64,000 bases of DNA, taken from positions 39,202 through 103,201 of the forward strand of contig CAZIFI010000003.1 of NCBI GenBank assembly GCA_964539105.1, given 5' to 3'. This document shows, piece after piece, positions 57,011 through 64,000 of the stretch. The notes under the pieces were generated by a model that ran no database searches, was not told the DNA's origin, and worked only from the letters and a program-made list of their open reading frames with translations. This stretch comes from an uncultured Anaerolineales bacterium. GTDB taxonomy: Bacteria > Chloroflexota > Anaerolineae > Anaerolineales > UBA11858. A program made the translations under genes and the position numbers. Position 1 is the stretch's first letter. Every line of letters starts with the position of its first letter.

Positions 57011-58621
57011 TTACTTCCAATCCATGCGCTGCACGCGGCCATCACCGGTCACGGGCCAGGATTCACCTGTGTCCGGATCGATCACGTGAATATTCCCTTC
57101 ATAAAGCACAGCCAGCAGATCCTGGTTACCATTTTCTACATTCCCTGGTGCCCATACACCCCAGTGTCTGCTGGGTTCAATCCCGGGTTCTTCCTGGGCG
57201 GGGAACACTGTGCGCTGATTGGATCCATCGCGATCCATGACGTTCACGCGGTATTTACTGGAGTCACTCTGGCGGGGAAACACCGCCTGCAGATATGCCA
57301 CCCGGTATTCTCCCTCTGTAAGGGGACTGGAACGTTTGGGAGAAACCAGAGGGTAAGCAAACATGCCCACTTCTCTCACTAGCGCCGTCGATCTCCCTTC
57401 GGCCAGAGACACAGCAGCCAAATTAAACAGGGGTGATTCCTCTGCAGAACCAGCTCCCTCCAGCGGGACATGCTCCACCGTGAAAAGATGATCCCCGTTT
57501 GGACCCAAGCTTATGCCCGGCATCCAGGCCCAGTCGCCGCGGGTTTTATAGGGCAGAATATCAAGTAACGTTCCTACTTCACCGGTATCGCTGTCAATTG
57601 TGCCTACCCGATCCGGGCTGGAAAACAAAAATCTCTTATCCCCTTCCAGATGCCTGAAATCTGTTCCCCACCATCCGTATACACTGATAATAGATTCCAC
57701 CAGGGTCTCCTGCTCCTGAATACCGGTGGAGTCGAATCTGGTGAGCTTGAGATCATTGCTGGCCTGCCAGCCAGGAGAGGCAACCCGGGATTCCACGGTC
57801 GAAAAAGCAACATTCTCAACTGACCCGGGAGCCCAATCAGCGAAATGGATAATGTTTTCCGCTTCAAGATCGATTAATTCTCCATCTTGGGCAGTAATAT
57901 TTTTCGCCCACAGGGTGTTAATGACATCCTCATCCCCCTCTTCCTGGCGGGTAAATAAGAGCCATGAGCCATCATCCGAAACAGAAAAAATACGCCCGTC
58001 CAGATCGCCCGTAGCTACGACCAGGGACCGGTTAGCGGTCGATTCCTCCATCATCCAAGCATTTCCATCCGACAGGTAAACGATCCGTCCGGGAATGGTA
58101 AGGGGGGAGACGAAAGACTGCTTTCCTACCAGCACAATTTCGTCCACGGACTCCTCAACAACGACACTGTTGACCTCCTCATAGGATACTTCTTCCCCAT
58201 TTTCAAAAACCCGCACGTGGGTCACCTGCCGCAGACCGTTCTCTCCCGCTTGAAGCAGCTGTTCTTCCCCTTCGGGCAGGCTTTCACTCGACTGGCAGAT
58301 AACCTGATAGGGAATCGCTTCTTCTTCTGTGTTAAATTCCTCCCTGACACGCACAACCTCCACTGTTGTGTCGCGCTCCAGGACCGTGGAAGGAACTGGA
58401 TTTACACGATCCTTGCCTTCCAGCGTAACTTGAGCAGCCTCCAGCACGTCGCCCACGGTGCTGCCTGAAGGCAGACTCACCGTTTGCCGGGCACCATCTG
58501 CTAAAATTTCAACCTGGATCTCGCCCCCGGAAGACGATAACTGGGATGGGCTGCATCCCGCGCTCAAGATGAGGACGGCAAGGACAAAAAAAGACAAAAG
58601 AGAATAATGGTATAATCTCAT
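57011..58621 (-). CDS. Secreted lipoprotein with probable beta-propeller (TolB/PD40-like) region
   Basis: Signal peptide with the lipobox LSAGC, a Ser/Gly linker, and repeated beta-strand-rich segments. No catalytic motif recognised. Confidence 0.55.
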   Translation of the reverse strand: MRLYHYSLLSFFVLAVLILSAGCSPSQLSSSGGEIQVEILADGARQTVSLPSGSTVGDVLEAAQVTLEGKDRVNPVPSTVLERDTTVEVVRVREEFNTEEEAIPYQVICQSSESLPEGEEQLLQAGENGLRQVTHVRVFENGEEVSYEEVNSVVVEESVDEIVLVGKQSFVSPLTIPGRIVYLSDGNAWMMEESTANRSLVVATGDLDGRIFSVSDDGSWLLFTRQEEGDEDVINTLWAKNITAQDGELIDLEAENIIHFADWAPGSVENVAFSTVESRVASPGWQASNDLKLTRFDSTGIQEQETLVESIISVYGWWGTDFRHLEGDKRFLFSSPDRVGTIDSDTGEVGTLLDILPYKTRGDWAWMPGISLGPNGDHLFTVEHVPLEGAGSAEESPLFNLAAVSLAEGRSTALVREVGMFAYPLVSPKRSSPLTEGEYRVAYLQAVFPRQSDSSKYRVNVMDRDGSNQRTVFPAQEEPGIEPSRHWGVWAPGNVENGNQDLLAVLYEGNIHVIDPDTGESWPVTGDGRVQRMDWK

Positions 58622-58702
58622 CCTAGTGAAAACCTAACTGACCAATCGCTATTGCGTATATGTTGCAGTCGGAAAACCATCTATCTGAACTCAAATTATA
58701 GC

Positions 58703-59287
58703 ATGTCAGATAACTCTTCCCCTCCCGACAAAAAAAACCATGCTCTGGATCTGACCTCCAAGGTCGAGGCCCTGTTATTCGTCTCCCCGGACCCCATCAC
58801 ACCCTACCAGTTGGGCACCATCCTGGAGGTTACCGCACACAGAATCAAGGGCTGTCTGGAGGAGTTGGCGGACCAATATCGGGATCGGGGTATTCGTCTC
58901 CAGACCCATGACGGTGCTGTGCAGCTCACTTCTGCCCCCGAAGCAGCAGACCTGATCGAACGCTTTCTCGACATCGAAACCACCACCACCCTCAGCCAGG
59001 CTGCTTTAGAGACCCTGTCTATCGTCGCCTACCAGCAGCCCGTGACCCGCCCCCAGGTCGATGACATCCGGGGCGTAAACAGTGACGGCGTGCTGCGCAC
59101 CCTGCTCAGTAAGGGGCTGATCGAAGAAGTAGGTCGGGCTGAAGGTCCCGGACGACCCATTCTGTACAGCGCGACCCAGGAATTCCTGAAATATTTTGGG
59201 CTGTCTTCCTTTGACGATCTGCCGCCCCTCGATATTGAGGACCTTGAAGACCGAAAACTCAAAGACCCCAAAGTGCTCAAAGGATGA
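58703..59287 (+). CDS. scpB: Segregation and condensation protein B
   Basis: Winged-helix ScpB motifs (VEALLFVSPDPIT, C-terminal GRAEGPGRPILYSATQEFLKYFGL). Start at MSDNSS. No scpA is adjacent. Confidence 0.85.
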   Translation: MSDNSSPPDKKNHALDLTSKVEALLFVSPDPITPYQLGTILEVTAHRIKGCLEELADQYRDRGIRLQTHDGAVQLTSAPEAADLIERFLDIETTTTLSQAALETLSIVAYQQPVTRPQVDDIRGVNSDGVLRTLLSKGLIEEVGRAEGPGRPILYSATQEFLKYFGLSSFDDLPPLDIEDLEDRKLKDPKVLKG

Positions 59288-59355
59288 GCCGCCTTGCATG
59301 AACGGGTCTAGGAACCATCCGCACACGATTTTAGTTCATTCAATTGTCTATACCT

Positions 59356-60063
59356 ATGGGAAAGAGACTGCAAAAAATTTTGGCCCGATCCGGTTATGGG
59401 TCCCGCAGAACCTGTGAAGAGATGATCGAAAATAAGCGGGTCAAGGTCAACGGGCAAGTCGCTGCGCTGGGCACAAAGGCGGATCGCCAGCAAGATGATA
59501 TTACCGTGGATGGCCAGCCTATCCCCCGCCCAGAGCCGCTGAAATATATCGCCCTCCACAAACCCCCCGGGGTGCTGTCCACCGTGAAATCACCCGGTGA
59601 TCGACCAACAGTGCGGGATTATGTACACGTTCACGGTCGCTTATATCCGGTGGGACGTCTGGATGTGGGCAGCGAGGGCTTAATCCTGATGACAAATGAT
59701 GGTAAACTAACCAACCGCCTGACCCATCCTCGCTACGAGCACGAAAAGGAATACCGGGTATATGTCACAGGGCATCCCACGCAGGACCAACTGAAAAAGT
59801 GGCGGGATGGCGTCCATCTCCAGGACGGGTACCGCACCCAGCCTGCAGGGGTTGAGGTTGAATCCCGGGACAAGGCTGGAGCCTGGCTGCGCGTCATTCT
59901 CCGGGAAGGAAAAAAACGCCAGATTCGCCGTATGGGAGACCAGACATGTCTGCCGGTGGAACGTATCATCCGGGTCAGGATCGCTGACCTCACCCTGGGC
60001 GACCTCCAGGCAGGTGAATGGCGGCACCTCACGGAACAAGAAGTCCAGAAGTTAAAGTCATGA
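59356..60063 (+). CDS. rluB: Pseudouridine synthase, RluB/RsuA family
   Basis: N-terminal S4 domain (RLQKILARSGYGSRR) and the catalytic motif GRLDVGSEGLILMTNDG. Confidence 0.85.
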   Translation: MGKRLQKILARSGYGSRRTCEEMIENKRVKVNGQVAALGTKADRQQDDITVDGQPIPRPEPLKYIALHKPPGVLSTVKSPGDRPTVRDYVHVHGRLYPVGRLDVGSEGLILMTNDGKLTNRLTHPRYEHEKEYRVYVTGHPTQDQLKKWRDGVHLQDGYRTQPAGVEVESRDKAGAWLRVILREGKKRQIRRMGDQTCLPVERIIRVRIADLTLGDLQAGEWRHLTEQEVQKLKS

Positions 60064-63000
60064 AAGAGAATAAGGAAACAGCAAACATGGAAAAAGAATC
60101 CTCCCAGGAAAAAAAGTCGTGGCTTGAAAAACCCGTCATTTCCGATCTGAGCATTTCATGGGAAAGTCTACTCTTTGGTGTGATCCTGCTTCTGGCTGTA
60201 TTGTCCCGGTTCTATGATGTCGGAGCCCGTGTCATCAGCCACGATGAAACCTCCCATGTTTATTATGCCTGGCGCTTATTCAAGGGGTGGGGTTATGCTC
60301 ACGATCCCATCACCCACGGACCGCTGCAGTTTCATGCTCTGGCTCTGACCTATTTTATCTTCGGTGCCAGCGATTTCACGGCCCGCATTCCGACCATCCT
60401 GGCCGGGATCGCCACCCTGGCTTTTCTGTGGAAATACCGGCGTTATCTGGGGCGCTGGGGAACGCTGGCTGCGGCCCTGATGACCCTGATTTCCCCTTTT
60501 ATGCTCTTTTACAGCCGGTACGTGCGCAATGAAGCGTATGTAGCGCTCTTCGGCGTGGTCACCATCTGGGCCCTATTACGCTATCTGGAAACCCGGTCCC
60601 CCCGATTCCTGTACTGGCTGACAGCAGCCACCGTGCTGCACTTTACAGCCAAGGAAACCGCTTTCATTTACACGGCTCAGGCCATGGTGTTGTTGGGCTT
60701 GATCTTCGTCACCCGCGTTACCCAACGGAAATGGCAGGACAATAACCTGCGGTCCATCTTCCTGACAGCCCTCATTTTGGCTGCCCTGTTGATCACGATT
60801 GGCTTTGTGATGCAAACGGTGTCAGCCCCTGTCTCGGAGGCAGAAGAGGCAGCATCCATCATGCCCCGCAGCACACTGATCTTCCTGGGGCTGAGTCTGA
60901 TCAGCCTGATCTTTGCCCTCTTTACCGCCATCCGGGGATATACCTGGGAAAAATTGACAGCCATGCCATCTTTTAGTGCCATGCTGCTGCTGGGAACCCT
61001 GGTTCTGCCCCAGCTGGCTGCCTTTCCGGTGCGGATGATCGGCTGGAACCCGCTGGATTACAGCCAGACAGGGATGCTGCGCACAGGCGGATTTGTCATT
61101 TTTCTGACCCTCATCGCGGCCGGCATCGGCTACGCCTGGAATTTCCGGCTGTGGTTGACCTGCATGGCCATCTTCTATATCCCCTTTACGGTCCTGTACA
61201 CCACCGTATTTACCAATGGGACAGGGTTTTTCACCGGGCTGGTCGGCTCCCTGGGGTACTGGTTAGAGCAGCAGGGAGTGGAACGGGGCAGCCAGCCCTG
61301 GTATTACTACTGGCTGATCCAGATCCCGATATATGAATATCTACCCGCCCTGGGCAGCATGGCCGCCCTGATTGGAATGGGCATAAAACAATTGTTTTCC
61401 CCGGATCGATACCTAAAGAAGCATGAACTGCAGCAGGAAGATGAGGAATTGCCCTCAGATGAAGAACATCATGGTGCTCCGGTCTTCGCTGTGCTGGCAT
61501 TCTGGGTCTTGACCAGCCTCATTGCCTATCCCATCGCCGGGGAAAAAATGCCCTGGCTCACCGTGCACATTGCCTGGCCCATGATCTTACTATCTGGCTG
61601 GGGATTCCAGAAATGGATCAATCACTTTGACCCGGTTCAATTTCGCGAAAAGCGGGGATGGGTGGTTGCCATCCTCAGCCTGCTGTTTATCATCAGCCTC
61701 AGCAGGGTCCTCGGCACATTGCTTTCCCCAGATCAGCCCTTCCAGGGTCAACAGTTGAGCCAGCTCAGGCAGACCGGCACATTCTTTACCACCCTGATCT
61801 TTACCCTAGCTGCGGGGGCGTTCCTCTTCAACCTCATCAAGGGCTGGCGTCTCAAACAATTTGCCCTGACAGGAAGCCTGACCATATTTCTGATCCTGGT
61901 CGTCTTGACCACTCACACCTCCGTTCAGGCTTCATACATAAACTATGATAGCCCGGAGGAATATCTGGTTTATGCCCACAGCGCGCGGGGAGTCAAGGTG
62001 GCCCTGGATCAGATCGAAGAAGTCTCGGAACGGCTCACCGGCGGCCTGTCCGCCACCGTGGCCTTTGATAATGAAACCACGTACCCGTACTGGTGGTATC
62101 TCCGAGATTACCCCAACCAGAAATACTATGCCGAAAACCCCACCCGCGAACAGCGCGAGGCTCCCCTGATCCTGGTCGGGAATAACAATTACGGCAAAAT
62201 CGAACCTGTGGTTGGAAATGCGTATTACCAATTCGAATATAACCGCATCGTGTGGCCCAACCAGGACTATTACAACCTGACCTGGGAGCGGATCTGGAAC
62301 GCGGTCCGCAACCCCGAGATGCGGGAAGCCATTTTCAATATCTGGCTCAACCGGGACTACACCAAATATGCCAACCTTAAAAACCAGGATATGAGCCTGG
62401 AAAACTGGAGTCCCGTCGATGAAATGCGGCTCTATGTCCGCAAAGACGTGGCTGCCAGGGTATGGAACTACGGCTCCTTTGAACAGGGGCTGGATGAGCT
62501 TTCCGCAGATCCCTATGAGGGCAAAGAGCAAACCCTTACGGCGGATTTTGTCATCAACCAGCCTGCCCTCAATAACCCCCGCAATCTGGCCCTGGCCCCG
62601 GACGGCTCCCTGTATGCTCTGGATACCGGGAACCACCAGGTGCTGCATGTTTCACCTTCGGGTGAACTCCTAAATTCCTGGGGTTCCTTCAGCGGAACAG
62701 AAAACGAGACTATCCCCCCCGGGACCTTTAACGAACCGTGGGGAATTGATGTCGGACCACAAGGCAATGTGTTTGTGGCGGACACCTGGAATCACCGCAT
62801 TCAGAAATTCACACCGGATGGGGAATACCTGCTCAGCTGGGGCCATTTCGGTCAACGCGAAACACCGGACGCTTTCTGGGGGCCCAGAGACGTGGCCGTG
62901 GACCCCAATGGTCATGTCTATGTCACGGATACCGGGAACAAACGAATTGCCATTTTCGATGGTGAGGGGAATTTTGTGGACGAGTTCGGAGAAGCCGGTC

Positions 63001-63410
63001 TGGGCGAAGGACAGTTCGATGAACCGGTGGGATTGGCCGTGGACGGTAGCGGCAACCTGTACGTGGCCGACACCTGGAACCAGCGGGTGCAGGTCTTCGC
63101 CCCTGACGAGCAGGGGGTCGCCCGCAATTTCATGACCAGCTGGGAGATCGCCGGCTGGTACGGGCAATCTCTGGATAATAAACCCTACCTGGCTGCAGCC
63201 GGGGACCGGGTGTATGTCACAGATCCGGAAGGGACCCGGGTTGTGGTCTTTTCATCCCAGGGAGAAATCCAATACTTCTGGGGCACATTCGGGACCGGTC
63301 AGGACCAGTTCAACCTGCCCACAGGAATTGCAGCAAGCCTGGAGGGTGGTGTGTGGGTCAGCGACACCAAAAACAACCGCTTGATGCATTTCACCTTGCC
63401 CACAGAATAA
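60060..63410 (+). CDS. Fusion protein: GT-C fold (PMT/ArnT-like, family 39/83) glycosyltransferase plus C-terminal NHL-repeat beta-propeller
   Basis: Start ATG overlaps the rluB stop (ATGA). The N-terminal about 700 aa are polytopic, with the PMT_2/ArnT-like first-loop region HDETSHVYYAWRL...DPITHGPL and many TM segments. The C-terminal about 330 aa contain at least 6 NHL repeats (VADTWNHRIQKF, YVTDTGNKRIAIF, YVADTWNQRVQVF, VSDTKNNRLMHF). Confidence 0.75.
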   Translation: MKENKETANMEKESSQEKKSWLEKPVISDLSISWESLLFGVILLLAVLSRFYDVGARVISHDETSHVYYAWRLFKGWGYAHDPITHGPLQFHALALTYFIFGASDFTARIPTILAGIATLAFLWKYRRYLGRWGTLAAALMTLISPFMLFYSRYVRNEAYVALFGVVTIWALLRYLETRSPRFLYWLTAATVLHFTAKETAFIYTAQAMVLLGLIFVTRVTQRKWQDNNLRSIFLTALILAALLITIGFVMQTVSAPVSEAEEAASIMPRSTLIFLGLSLISLIFALFTAIRGYTWEKLTAMPSFSAMLLLGTLVLPQLAAFPVRMIGWNPLDYSQTGMLRTGGFVIFLTLIAAGIGYAWNFRLWLTCMAIFYIPFTVLYTTVFTNGTGFFTGLVGSLGYWLEQQGVERGSQPWYYYWLIQIPIYEYLPALGSMAALIGMGIKQLFSPDRYLKKHELQQEDEELPSDEEHHGAPVFAVLAFWVLTSLIAYPIAGEKMPWLTVHIAWPMILLSGWGFQKWINHFDPVQFREKRGWVVAILSLLFIISLSRVLGTLLSPDQPFQGQQLSQLRQTGTFFTTLIFTLAAGAFLFNLIKGWRLKQFALTGSLTIFLILVVLTTHTSVQASYINYDSPEEYLVYAHSARGVKVALDQIEEVSERLTGGLSATVAFDNETTYPYWWYLRDYPNQKYYAENPTREQREAPLILVGNNNYGKIEPVVGNAYYQFEYNRIVWPNQDYYNLTWERIWNAVRNPEMREAIFNIWLNRDYTKYANLKNQDMSLENWSPVDEMRLYVRKDVAARVWNYGSFEQGLDELSADPYEGKEQTLTADFVINQPALNNPRNLALAPDGSLYALDTGNHQVLHVSPSGELLNSWGSFSGTENETIPPGTFNEPWGIDVGPQGNVFVADTWNHRIQKFTPDGEYLLSWGHFGQRETPDAFWGPRDVAVDPNGHVYVTDTGNKRIAIFDGEGNFVDEFGEAGLGEGQFDEPVGLAVDGSGNLYVADTWNQRVQVFAPDEQGVARNFMTSWEIAGWYGQSLDNKPYLAAAGDRVYVTDPEGTRVVVFSSQGEIQYFWGTFGTGQDQFNLPTGIAASLEGGVWVSDTKNNRLMHFTLPTE

Positions 63411-63438
63411 GGTTCCCGAGTGACTCTCCATGTTGATC

Positions 63439-63475
63439 CACTCCCTGCCAGTCAAATGCAGGGAGTGTTTTATTA
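63439..63475 (+). terminator. Rho-independent terminator after the GT-C/NHL gene
   Basis: Stem cactccctgc / gcagggagtg with loop cagtcaaat, followed by TTTTATT. Confidence 0.75.
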
Positions 63476-63813
63476 GTGGATACCATGACAGCGGTTGAAA
63501 ATCGTTGAAAATTTGGTCCCTTCCCTTCTTCGTCGATCTCCAGCATTGAGGACCTTTGATCAATATCGCATGAAAATAGGCCCTTCAATTCTTGACGAGG
63601 AACTTTCATCCTTCCTACAATCCACCCAGCACCCAAAGGTAGTTTTTCCCTGCACGACTTGGGGGGTATTTATATCACTCCTTATTGACAATCAAAAATC
63701 ATGGGGAATGCGAACAAAAGAGATGTCTTCAGGATAAGCTGCGAGACATGACTTCTGCTGCTATCAGAATAACCGTCATCTGACAACGCTCATCATCTAC
63801 AAAAGGATGAAAA

Positions 63814-64000
63814 ATGTTGCGATCCATGAACAACAAACACAAATTAATCCTCCTTTTCAGCGTTCTGTTATTGGTTGCCTTAGCGTGCGGTTTACCGTTC
63901 TCGCTTGGTGAACCATCTTCCGGGGTTTCCACTCCCAACCAGGGATCGCCCGCAGCAACGGAATCGAAAAGCAGTCCTGAGCTCCAGTTAGACTGCGAGA
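63814..64000 (+). CDS. Putative lipoprotein, 5' partial (runs off the window end)
   Basis: AAGGA Shine-Dalgarno 6 nt before ATG 63814. The encoded protein begins MLRSMNNKHKLILLFSVLLLVALACG, a lipobox, followed by a Ser/Pro/Thr-rich segment. No stop codon before the window ends. Confidence 0.4.
   Translation, partial: MLRSMNNKHKLILLFSVLLLVALACGLPFSLGEPSSGVSTPNQGSPAATESKSSPELQLDCE

Noticed and set aside
61932-62648. 238-aa minus-strand ORF
   Set aside because: Antisense within the GT-C/NHL gene, in the region encoding recognisable NHL repeats on the plus strand.
1-64000. CRISPR arrays, transposases, integrases, phage genes, toxin-antitoxin pairs
   Set aside because: No direct-repeat/spacer periodicity, no DDE or tyrosine-recombinase motifs, and no terminal inverted repeats were found on reading the intergenic regions and ORF translations.

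Overview
The window is a housekeeping stretch of chromosome with about 57% GC and high coding density. Its gene content suggests a monoderm-type, high-GC lineage such as Chloroflexota/Anaerolineae, but that is tentative. The markers pointing that way are a short YidC with Jag, RNase Y, DegV, a YabE-like 3D protein, Tdk and PlsX.

The window opens with the origin-proximal yidC-jag-parA-parB cluster. Other supported features:
- selB.
- A folK operon translationally coupled to three unknown polytopic membrane proteins, with a long coiled-coil protein downstream.
- A GH1 beta-glucosidase.
- tRNA-Ser and tRNA-Leu.
- An SRP (4.5S) RNA with a canonical promoter.
- A heterodimeric ABC exporter pair.
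- cca, hpt and tdk.
- rplU, rpmA and an rpmE carrying a C-terminal extension.
- A four-subunit 2-oxoacid:ferredoxin oxidoreductase operon.
- ppdK.
- recA and recX.
- rny.
- A tryptophanase-like lyase.
- plsX.
- A ChlI-like AAA+ ATPase.
- A UDP-xylose synthase and GtrA pair.
- scpB and rluB translationally coupled to a 1116-aa fusion of a GT-C glycosyltransferase with an NHL beta-propeller.

No CRISPR array, transposase, integrase or phage genes were seen.

The most notable observations:
- recA is divergent, lacks the N-terminal oligomerisation segment and is split by a +1 frameshift.
- Ribosomal protein L31 is fused to an RpoA alpha-CTD-like helix-hairpin-helix domain.
- An ADP-ribosylglycohydrolase gene is decayed, with a frameshift, a nonsense codon and a truncation.
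- folK is co-translated with a trio of unknown membrane proteins.
- A UXS plus GtrA plus GT-C/NHL neighbourhood suggests a lipid-linked pentose glycosylation route. That is inference only.
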